From Octopus sinensis (taxonomy: Eukaryota), in the NCBI RefSeq assembly GCF_006345805.1, contig NC_042998.1, forward strand, positions 100,688,001 through 100,752,000: a stretch of DNA of 64,000 bases, in the 5' to 3' direction. The first letter of the stretch is position 1. Each line of letters begins with the position of its first letter. Positions 53,053 through 64,000 of this stretch are shown here, one piece after another. The translations under genes were made by a program, and so were the position numbers. Below the pieces are notes generated by a model, which saw only the letters and a program-made list of their open reading frames with translations, did not search any database and was not told the origin of the DNA.

Positions 53053-53509
53053 TATTGGTATGCAGATTCATTGTTGTTACTGTTACTGTTATACTTTATA
53101 TAATATATGTACAAAATTTATGCACATGTATACATAACACACACACACACACATATTTATACATACATACATACATACATACATACATACATACATACAT
53201 ACATACATACGTACATACATACATACATACATACATACATACATACGTACATACATACATATATTTTATTGTGACTGGGGAGAGTCATTCTGTTTTAATA
53301 CCTTATTAATTAACACACTCACCGGTTCGATTTCCACTCATTTACTTATTTACTTTTGTAAAACTTTCGTTGCTTCTTGCAACCTCTTTAATAGTCGTTG
53401 ACAGGAGCTGGCCAGGCAGAAGCCTGCACCACACTTCTCTGTCTGTTTTGGTATGGTTTTTACGACTGGATGCCCTTTCTAACACCAATCACCCCACATA
53501 GTGGACTGA

Positions 53510-53545
<36 letters not shown>

Positions 53546-53570
53546 ATATATATATATATATATATATATA

Positions 53571-53751
53571 CTGTTGTGTCTGGGGAGAGTCATTCTATTT
53601 TGGTGCCTTATAATTCAACACACTCACGGGTAAAATTTTCACTTATTTATTTTTTATGTTTCTAAAATTTTCATTCCGTCTTGCAACTTTTTCAATAGTT
53701 TTGACTCTCTGTAAGGCACCAAAAGAGAATGACTCTCCCCAGACACAACAG
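53571..53751. repeat. Hairpin/MITE-like element with 42-bp inverted ends; one-armed relative at ~53270-53400
   Basis: ctgttgtgtctggggagagtcattctattttggtgccttata ... tgtaaggcaccaaaagagaatgactctccccagacacaacag (2 mismatches). Confidence 0.85.
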
Positions 53752-53854
53752 ATTATGCTTCAACACATGAACTCACAAAAAGAATCTTGCAAACCAAATC
53801 CCCCAAAATATATATATATGTATATATATTTATGTGTATATATATATATATTAA

Positions 53855-53893
<39 letters not shown>

Positions 53894-54068
53894 ATAAATA
53901 TTAGGGAATAAATCCAAATTTACAGGGAAAAAATCAGATTTAGGATTAAATCCAATTTTATAGTAAAATATTATAAAATATTATTAGAGACAAAACCACT
54001 ATTTTGCAAAACAAACAAGGAAAGACTTAATCAATACATAAAATTTTAATAAATAGTCAAAAAAACCG

Positions 54069-54111
54069 CCACAACAATTGTTTCTTGTCTTGATCGACAA
54101 TCTTCAGGTGG
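54069..54111 (-). ncRNA. Putative minimal type-I hammerhead ribozyme in a Penelope-like fragment (~53890-54130)
   Basis: ccac-CTGAAGA-ttgtc-gatcaa-gacaa-GAA-AC-aatt-GT-T-gtgg; all three stems pair. Confidence 0.62.
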
Positions 54112-55353
54112 ACTTCCAATAAGTCAGTTTCAAATTATGAAGTGGTTGGCGTTAGGAAGGGCATCCAGCTGTAAAATGCACCAATCCGACTGTGACCGTT
54201 GCCAGCCTCGCCTGGCACCTGTGCAGGTGGCACGTAAAAAGCACCCACTACACTCACGGAGTGGTTGGCGTTAGGAAGGGCATCCAGCTGTAGAAACATT
54301 GCCAGATAAGACTGGAGCCTGGTGCAGCCTTCTGGCTTCCCAGATCCCCGGTTGAACCGTCCAACCCATGCTAGCATGGAGAACGGACATTAAACGATGA
54401 TGATGATGATGATGATGTCTGTATGAGTTAGAGGTTAATAAACCATCTAAGGAATATTAAATATCCAATACACTACTGGATGAGTGCCTACGTATTTTTA
54501 ACCAAGTGCTTACTATCTGTTTGCATATTTATTGGTTGATCTCATTCGTTTACTTGTACCACTTAAACACCTGTTTGTTATCATTTGATAAATAGATATA
54601 ATGGAGTGTTCACAGGCTGATGTTTGTCAATTTTATATCCTCTCCATTTTCTTATTTCCCTTATATATATATATATATATATATATTTGCATATAAGGTA
54701 AAAGTAGCTCTAGTATAATAAATATTATTAAGCACATATACTAATGTATATGCTTTGTGTACTTTCCAGTGGCTGCAATGATGTAGTAGAGTATATAACT
54801 CTCATGTCGCCAATGTTAAAACACCTGAGAGCCATGGACAGGTGAGATAACTCACCCTCAATCCCATTTGGAAGCGACATTGATGTTTTGTCATTTAAAA
54901 AAAAAATTATCTTTATTAAATACATATGTGCCTTCAACCCAGGTGGGCACGTGATGCTGAAAAGCCACAAAAAGTATATGTGTTTAATAATATTTCACAC
55001 ACACACACACATACACATGTGTAGGTATGCACGTATTTATACTTATACACACACATACATACATAAACACCCATATATACAAATGCATATAAAACAATTA
55101 CACCTACTAGAAGAGCAATGATAGTAATTTAAAACATTTATATACTATTATTTTCATTTATGTTTTATTTCTTGACTGTATAGGCACAAGAGTGGCTGTG
55201 TGGTAAGTAGCTTGCTTACCAACCTCATGGTTCCAGGTTCAGTCCCACTGCATGGCACCTTGGGCAAGTGTCTTCTACTATAGCCTCGGGCTGACCAAAG
55301 CCTTGTGAGTGGATTTGGTAGACGGAAACTGAAAGAAGCCCGTCATATATACA

Positions 55354-55438
<85 letters not shown>

Positions 55439-56054
55439 GTATGTGTGTATGTGTTTGTGTGTCTGTGTTTTTTTCCCACAACATTGCTTGACAACTGATG
55501 GTGGTGTGTTTACATCCCCGTAACATAGCGGTTTGGCAAAAGTGACCGATAGAATAAGTACTAGGCTTACAAAGAATAAGTCCTGGGATCGATTTGCTCG
55601 ACTAAATGCGGTGCTCCAGCATGGCTGCAGTCTAATGAAAGAGTAAAAAAGAGTACTGCTACTGAATATTATCAAGCGTCAAAAAGTTTTGTCAAACACT
55701 GGCAACCCGGTCACTGACACAACTGCTCAGGCATTAGAATAGTGTGAATAGCCAGGCAGTTAATGTATAAGGAAACAGGCTTGAAATTTTATAGTCATCA
55801 AGTCATGTCTGCAATTTCTTTTATAGCTGAAGAAGGGTGTTAAATAATAGATTGGATTAAGGGGTAGATATTGTGTTATGACTGGCTGGCTTAAACAATG
55901 CTATTGTACTATAAATGGCTGGCAATTAATGCTGTATAGTGGGTGTGGTTATACTATAAGTAATGGGGGAAATGGCTTATTTATTTATTTATCTATTTAC
56001 TTATTCTATTATTTTATAATTCATTTTATTAATTAGGGTAAGTGTTGCAACATC

Positions 56055-56440
56055 CAAGGGTGGGCTGAAAAGTTCATAGGTTGACTATAAAGCAGTGATG
56101 CCAGAGCTGTAAAATCTTGCATGCATAAATTTCAGCACTTCTTGATAACTGCATAGTTTCTTTCCAGGTAAGCTGACATCTGACTGTTCAAAGAAAACTT
56201 CAAATGTAACTAGTAGTGATTTCTCTTGAGAATGGACAAAATTTGGCATCACGGTGTTATCAAGTACCAGCAGAAAAAGGTTTTAGCCTCCAATGATATT
56301 CATGTTGACATGATTGCTACATTAGTGGATGCTGCTCCAGCTTCATCAACAGTGCAGAAGTGGGCTGCTGAATTTAGGAGGAGAAGGGAGAGTCTTGAAG
56401 ATGACCCAAGGTTTGGATGTCCTGCAATTACCACCATCGA
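56055..56440 (+). mobile_element. Mariner 5' fragment (terminal repeat + HTH region)
   Basis: caagggtgggctgaaaagttc terminus; MDKIWHHGVIKY..K..DIH..APASSTVQKWAAEFRR.RESLEDDPR.GCP. Confidence 0.85.
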
Positions 56441-57073
56441 GGTTTATTCTTTCCATGCTCAGATAAGACTTTTCAAATCTTATAAACAGTGTCTATCTAA
56501 ATGCTAACTCAGTCTTCAAGACTTGGGAAGTCTTTCTATTAGATATTTACTTACTTTTTTACTTACCACAGGTAGGTAAATTTCTTATTTCAAATATAGA
56601 TTTAGTATGTGAATACCTACATACCTACCTACACACACACACAAACACACACACACACACACATTCCTGTATTTCTTGCATGAGTGTCTTAGTATCATAT
56701 AATATGTTATAGCCACTCCTTGAATGAATCAGGTGCTTTATTGTAGCTGTTTTTCTCCTTAACTTGCATGTATGTCAAACATTGAGCTGTCAAGTAGAAC
56801 CAGGTGTATTTAGTAAGACTCCACCAGCACTAAAATAGTTGTTTTTCTGGACTTAATGTCCTGGGTACACCATATCTTATATTACAACACCAATGCTACT
56901 TGCTGCTTGCCTGATGGAGTGAGTACGAGGTTGGCTTTTAGAGTAAACATTCTCCAAGACAAGGCCACTTTTAACATGACTTTTAAATAGCTATATTTGT
57001 ATTATACCATTTAGTGTTGTACAGTGCAACAATTTAAGTTAGATCAGACATGTTTCCTTCACTTCTGGCTAAG

Positions 57074-57114
<41 letters not shown>

Positions 57115-57228
57115 TGATGAGAAACATATTCACAGCTTTTACCAAGAGGTGTGTGACATATAACCTTGTTAGGAAAATTAGAGATAATTAACTTTGTATG
57201 CTTAAACATATTCAGTAATGCTTGTTTG

Positions 57229-57259
<31 letters not shown>

Positions 57260-57793
57260 CCTGCATGTCTTTCACAGTTTTATAACGCCTAAATTGTTTT
57301 TGAGCAAACTAAGAAATATAGTTCTGTAAAGAACTTATTTATATATATTCTATGGTATTCTTTTATTTTTCCAGTCACCAAACTGTGGCCATACTGGGGC
57401 ACTGCCTTGATAGTTTAGTTAAGCAAATCTTCTCTAGTTTGTATTTTAAGTTTGGTTCTCATTCAGTTGGTCATTTTAATTGAGGTGTTAAGTTACAGAC
57501 ATAAACAGACCAGTACCAGCTGAGAACAAACAGAAACACACACATATGCATGCAAACACACATCCATGTATATACATACATATGATGGGCTTCCACACAG
57601 TTTCCATCTACTAAATTCACTTGGCACAAGATATATTAGAAGATATTTCTCCAGAGTATCACACAGTGGGACTGAACCCCAAACCATGTGATAGGGAAAT
57701 GAACTTAACTACATGGCCATGCCTGCACATTTTGTTTTTATAGTTTTTTCTTATACATGTGTGTGTACATGCACAAACACACACACACTCACA

Positions 57794-57835
<42 letters not shown>

Positions 57836-58519
57836 TACAAACAAAAATATCCTGTTGTTGATGTTGAAATTCCAATGGAGGAACCTTGGATCTAGGTTAG
57901 AAAGCGGCTCTTTTTTCTATTGCCAAGAAATCTTGAAATAAAGCTGAACAATGACATACATACATATATACTTACATACAGATATATCCCACTGCATGGC
58001 ACAATGAATAAGTGTCTTCTGCTATAGTTTCAGGCCAACTAAAGCCTTGTGAGACAATTTAGTAGATGGAAACTGTAAGATGCCAGCCATGTACATGTAT
58101 ATATATATATATATATATTCTTTTATTTGCTTCAGTCACTTGACTCAGCCATGCTGGAACACCACCTTTGGTTGAACAAATCAACCCCAGGACTTATTCT
58201 TTGTAAGCCTTGTACTTATTCTGTTGGTCTCTTTTGCCGAAGTGCTAAGTTATGGAGATGTAAATACACCAACATTGATTGTCAAGCAATGGTGGCAGTA
58301 CAAACGCAGACACACAAACACACATACATACATACATATATGCATACATACATACATGATGGGCTTCTAGCAGTTTCAGTCTACCAAATCCACTCACAAG
58401 GCTTTGGCCAGCCCAAAGCTGTAGTAGAAGACACTTGCCAAATGTGTCACGCAATGGGACTGAATCCAGAACCATGTGGTAGGTAAGCAAGCTACTTAAT
58501 ACACAACTGCTCCTGCACC

Positions 58520-59280
58520 TCTTCGAACATTAGGCCTCACTAAAGAAATGACTAGCAACCAAGACTTTTGGAAATATGCTGTGCTTGAGAAGACCTGGCA
58601 AGCCAAATGAGACCATAACCTGTGGCTCATGCCAGGAGCGTAACCATCCCCTTATGCATACCTCTTCCTTCCTTGGACACTAAACTCTGCTTGCAAAGAC
58701 CTGTTGAGGCAAGTGAAATCAAAATCACATTCAATGACTGGTATCCGTACAAGCGGGGTGCAAAGAGCACCATACGAGCATGATCGTTGACAGAGCGGCT
58801 AACCAGCTTCTGTGCCAGTGGCACATAAAAGGCACCATTCAAGTGTGATCATTACCAGCGTCGCCTTACTGGCACTTGTGCCCATGCTAGTAGGGTGCCA
58901 AGAGCACCATCCGAGCATGATCGTTGCCAGAGCAGCCAACTGGCTTCCATGCCGGTGGCACGTAAAAGGGCACCATTTGAGCGTGATTGTAACCAGCGTC
59001 GCCTTACTGGCACCTGTGCTGGTGGCATGTATAAAAAGATTTGAGCGAGGTCGTTGCCAGTACTACCTGATAGGCCCCCATGCCAGTTGCACGTAAAAAG
59101 CACCCACTACACTCTCAGAATGGTTGGAGTTAGGAAGAGCATCCAGCTGTAGAAACTCTGCCAAATCAAGATTGGAGCCTGTCGCAGCCATCTGGTTCGC
59201 CAGCCCTCAGTCAAAATCGTCCAACCCGTGCTAGCATGGAAAGCGGATGGTAAACGATGATGATGATGATGATGATGATG
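58520..59280 (+). mobile_element. RTE 3' end + 3'UTR (older subfamily)
   Basis: cttcgaacattaggcctcac... to ...taaacgatgatgatg. Confidence 0.8.
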
Positions 59281-59299
59281 AATAAAGTTAGATAATGCC

Positions 59300-59845
59300 A
59301 GTTTATGGGAATAACCAGGGTTTCACGTCCATAAAGCATTTAGCTTTATGGCTTATCATCAGATCCCAAAACCTATTGGGTTTAAGGCCTCTCTAGAATA
59401 TGGAGGAGGAAAGGACCTTGCTTCACAATGTCAACAACAGGGGATTGTCTTCGTCTGGCTATTGATTACCCTAGAAAATTCAGGCTCCTACATAAATGGG
59501 ACCAAGCGCTGTAAACTATGCATTACGGAATGGGTGAGAATTCTAAACGACTCCTTCGGCCCAGGGAACATCTTTTACTCCAGAATGGAGGTCTTCAGAC
59601 CATGCTTGCATTTCAGGAAATTCCTGTTAGCCTATTGGAACCCACAGGATAACAGGGTCACTGGTGATCAATAGTCAAAGGGAGACACAATCCCCTGTTG
59701 TTGACATTGACTAGCGAGGTCCTTTCCCCCTCCGTATTCTAGAGAGGCTACTCACTAGAGAGGGCTTAAGCCAACAGGTTTTGGAATCTGATGATATGCT
59801 GTAAAGCTAAATGCCTTATGGATGTGAAACCCAGGATAATCCCTT
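59300..59845. mobile_element. Fold-back Penelope-like remnant: ~150-bp inverted arms around a GIY-YIG-region fragment
   Basis: Arms ~59307-59450 and ~59685-59843 are reverse-complementary. The spacer encodes GSYINGTKRCKLCITEWVRIL...SRMEVFRPCLHFRKFLL, resembling the PLE C-terminal Y.NG.KRC.LCL.EK..E....C.H..KF pattern (from memory). Confidence 0.75.
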
Positions 59846-59930
59846 AAACTGGCCTTAACTAACTTTATTTATATTATAAGCTGCTCTATAACTTAGAGTG
59901 TGCTTCTTTTTCAGATTTATGGTTTACCGA

Positions 59931-59970
<40 letters not shown>

Positions 59971-60073
59971 TTCAATAAGTACTAGGGTTGATTCATTTGA
60001 CTCAAAATTCTTCAAGGCGGTGCCCTAGCATGGCCACAGTCTAATGGCTGAAACAAGTAAAAGATAAAAGATA

Positions 60074-60132
<59 letters not shown>

Positions 60133-60914
60133 AAAATAGAAACAATCCTTTTGCTATATACATATATATGTGAGCATATAAATATGTATGTATGCATGTA
60201 TGTATATGTGTATATGTATGTATTTATGTACGTATGTACCAAGGTGGGTTTTTTTTTTATTTATCTGCTTTCTGTTGTGACTTTTTCATGTCCAAATATA
60301 TAAATACATACATAAACACATTGTGGAAATCTTTACTCCCAGAACGGAGTCCCTCTGGAAATCTATCTCTTTCACATTCTTCTTTCCACCCTTCCTACGT
60401 CTTCCCAGACAAACTTTAACATAACATACTTTCTTCAAACTAAACATTAATAGTTCTAACTCCCACCTCCAATATATATATAAAAAAAGAAAAGCAAATA
60501 ACACACACACACACACAAATAATCAAAAAACAAGATATTAACAAAGCAAATAAAAATATAAAATAACACCATCAAGCAAACCATTGCGAGCTTATTTTAG
60601 AAAATTAGAAAATATAAAAGAGAAAAAAATATAATGAGAAACAACAATAATAGTTGACTGCAAGGGATAAGTGAGGAAACAATCAAGGGAGATAATAAAT
60701 ATTTAACCTAAATTAAATGCAGATCTGTCAAAGGAACTCAAGATACAGGAAAGATAATTTATAAACTGAAAATGTCATCAGAATAGAAACTTAACACATA
60801 TTTGTCATTTTATTTTATATTATTTATTTATGTATTTTTCTATTTTATGTAGTGGACTCCTGTGGCCAATAAAGAAACTATCATGGCAGTTATTGGAATA
60901 GTAATGATAATAAT

Positions 60915-61230
60915 GTGGAGGTGCAATGGCCTAGTGGTTAGGGCAGCAGACTCGCGGTCGGAGGATCGCTGTTTCGATCCCCACACTGGGCGTTGTGTGT
61001 GTTTATTGAGCGAAAACACCTAAAGCTCTACGAGGCTCCGGCAGGGGGTGGTGGCGACCCCTGTTGTATTCTTTCGACCCAACTTTCTCTCACTCTTTCT
61101 TCCTGTTTCTTGCGTAACAGTGCGATGGACTGGCATCCCGTCCAGCTGAGGGGAACACATGCGCCATAGAAACCGGGAAACCGGGCCCATGAGCCTGGCT
61201 AGGCTTGAAAAGGACGCATAAATAAATAAA
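60915..61230 (+). mobile_element. tRNA-derived SINE with gcgatggactggcatcccgtccag-type 3' region and (TAAA)n tail
   Basis: First ~200 bp align to 12135-12325; the 3' part is unrelated. Confidence 0.85.
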
Positions 61231-64000
61231 ATAATGATAATAATAGTTTTGAATTTTGTCACAAGGCCAGCCAGCTAGAGGAGAGGGATAATTTTATTAC
61301 ATTAAGCCCAGTCAACCCAGGCAGAATTTGAATGCAGAATTTATTAATAGACAGAATCCTGGAAAGCATTTTGAATAATAATAATCATAATAAAATAGTA
61401 GCCAGCATGGAAGGCAGATGTTAAATGAGGATGACGATGATGACAGAATGTTTCACTTTTGGGGAGAGGATTACATTGTTTTAATTTGTCCTTTCCCCAC
61501 AACAGAACATTCCTGATGCTAATTTTGTCAACTCCAAAGGGATAACAATTAAAGTCAATCCCTCGAAATATAAAATGTCTGGCTCTGGCACTCTGCTAAT
61601 TCTATAATTTCTTTTCTTATATTACTTACAAGGCCCCATGTTTGTAGAGGTGGAATGTAGTAGACATCATTTGTTGAAATACTTTATCAACCCAGACAGG
61701 TTCAAAGGCCAAATCAACTCATGGGATTTGAACTCATGATGCAAAGAGATATATTATAAAGGCGAAAAAGCAAATTGTCTGGTGCTGTACCAAATTCGTC
61801 TGCCAAGTAGTTTTCAAAACAAAAAAAAAAAGAGAACTCAAGACTGAGATGGTAGTGTAAATAATTTAAGTTGAGAAATTCATTACAACTCAGAGTACTA
61901 AGTTATGTTGAATTTTTGAACTTGAATGCATGCATGTGTGCACATCATCATCATTTAATGTCCATGTTCCATGCTGGTATAAGTTGAAATGTTTGGCAGG
62001 AACTGATGTTTCCAAGAATCACATCAAGTTCTAGTGTCTGCTTAGCATGACTTTTATGGCTGGACACCCTTCCTAACACCAACATGGTTTATATATCTGT
62101 CCATACACATGTCCATTTTATGTATAATTATGGAGAAAAACTGTGAAGCATTAAGTTGAAGGATCACTTACCACCTTTCAGACAAAACATTTTTTTATAT
62201 TTAAAAAGCACAGGCATAACTGGTGGTAAGAAGCTTGCTTCTAAACCACATGACTCAAGGTTCAGTCCTACTGTAACATCAGGCCAACTAAAGCCTTGTG
62301 AGTAGATTTAGTAGATGGAAACCAAAAAGAAGCCTGTTGTATTTATAGGTATATGTCTATGTGTGTTTTTGTTTTTGTCCTCTATCACTACTTGTGGGTT
62401 TGTTTATGTCCCTGCAACTTATCTGCAGTAAATAAGTGCTGGGGTTAATTTGTTTGATAAAAATCCTTCAAAGTAGTGCCCCAGCACAGCCATGATCCAA
62501 TGACTGAAACAAATAAAAAGAAAAGGCAAAGGTTGAGTGCTACCTTGAAGTATTTCTTTAGTAGCCCTTATTATCAGATCAATGAAGGCTATGAAGCTAA
62601 AACTTTGAAGTAAATTCTATCTTTTCCTTGTAAAAATGATGTCAGAAGCCTAAGAACTCCTCTAATTGTTACTTCGAGTTTAATGTTTCTGATTTTACAG
62701 ATGGTACTGAAGATTAGAACAAGAATGTCCATCTAATCTTAAATAGAAAAAGCTGACAGAAAACTGGGGGAAATGCAGGCAATCTTGAATGTGATACTGG
62801 ACTTTGATTGGACACTGAACCCAAGATTATTATATTGGTTTATTTTTCTAACATGACTGGGTGAATATACAGGGTGAATGTGTGTGGAAAGCGTATATAC
62901 TTTTGCTTTATGAGAACAGAGTATAGTAAATTAAAGATGAATGATATAAAAAACTGTTATGAAAAATATTTTTGGGAAAAATAAAAACATTTGAGACTGG
63001 AATTATATGTATGAATACTGATATTATTTACAGGAGAAAATTTCCTCAAATTGTGTGTATGTATACATGTGGAGCTATTCAGAAATTTGCCCAATGTGCT
63101 GTACATGCAATGCATTGGGACTGAACCTGAAACTATATGGTTGTAAAGTGACCTACAAACCACACAGCCATGCCTGTACTACACACAGACACACACATGC
63201 ACATGTGTGCGTGCACAATTACATACACATATACACACATATATACACATACATATATACATATACAGAAAGGTATTAGGAAGTGCATTGGGTATTAGGA
63301 AGTGCATCCAACAAGTACTAGGAAGTGCATCCTTGGTATTAGGAAGTGCATCCAACTGTAGAAACCATGCCAAAGCAGAGAGTAGAGCTTGGTGCAGTTC
63401 TCTGGCATACCAGCCCCTGTCAAACTGTGCAACCTATGCTAGCATGGAAGGTGGATGTTAAATGATGGTGATGATGATGATACTATGCATTCATACACAC
63501 ACACATAGAGATAAACACCCACAAACTCGAATGTCTACAGAAATAAGCACACATATATATCTGTACTGGCACAACAAGCCTTGAACCAAAAGTCACAAAA
63601 CTACTGACATCACTGATTATTTAGTTACATGCAAAGTTGATGTATTATTTTACCAAACTTAACCCAGGAACATGATAAATTAAAAACTTTAAAAAGCAAA
63701 AAACTAAACCAATAAATTTGAGAAATGAAGCTTATTTTTATTTCATTATTCAGATATTTAAATTTGATTATTTGTTTAGCCAAGTGAATTGACAGAAGTA
63801 AAGTGTTGCACTAAATTTTCTTGAAGTATTCAGTTTCGACCTTCTAAGGTTTGGCTTAAAATCTCACAAGCAATTGCTTTTAAATTCTTTCAGATTAGGG
63901 TTAGGGCTGAAATAGTTGAGTGCAACACTGAATGCTTTTCACTATTTAGTTCCAGCTATTAGCATTCTGAGTTCAAATGCTGGTGCAGCTGGTTTTTATC

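Noticed and set aside
62545-62750. Possible plus-strand terminal exons (SPYYQINEGYEAKTL / ttttacag|..DGTEELEQECPSNLK*)
   Set aside because: Phases do not join into a convincing product and no upstream exons or homology were recognised.
63280-63360. CRISPR-like repeat-spacer appearance
   Set aside because: Eukaryotic DNA, spacers only 3-8 bp, the repeat derives from an RTE tail, and there are no cas genes.
647-63461. Dozens of 60-190 aa ORFs rich in YI/HT/CV repeats, or antisense to TEs
   Set aside because: They are translations of (TA)n, (CA)n, (CAT)n tracts or off-frame TE sequence, with no domain content.
63895-63906. TTAGGG x2 telomeric motif
   Set aside because: Only two copies; expected by chance.

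Overview
AT-rich, microsatellite- and repeat-dense animal genomic DNA. The repeat landscape suggests a cephalopod such as Octopus (inference). One protein-coding gene is supported: a 12-exon minus-strand gene spanning ~186-36459. I reassembled it by hand from GT/AG splice sites with matching phases into ~931-936 aa: signal peptide, Sema, one PSI, four IPT/TIG domains and a TM helix. This is plexin-family sequence with a MET/RON-type ectodomain layout. The cytoplasmic part either stops after 42 aa or splices out of the window at a consensus GTGAGT donor. The rest is transposon-derived. It includes a very young RTE LINE (long open ORF, PHD-like finger inside the RT) with a near-identical 5'-truncated twin, older RTE/CR1/Jockey fragments, mariner and hAT transposase fossils, nested MITEs, tRNA-SINEs and Penelope-like fragments. 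The most unusual signal is a set of minimal type-I hammerhead-ribozyme-like motifs in at least five unrelated sequence contexts. These include a perfect 188-bp palindrome carrying one on each strand, a tandem pair of tRNA-headed SINEs with a hammerhead-like tail, and a fold-back Penelope remnant with one in each arm. All folds and alignments were done by eye and none was computed. Most short ORFs in the supplied track are microsatellite or antisense-TE artefacts.
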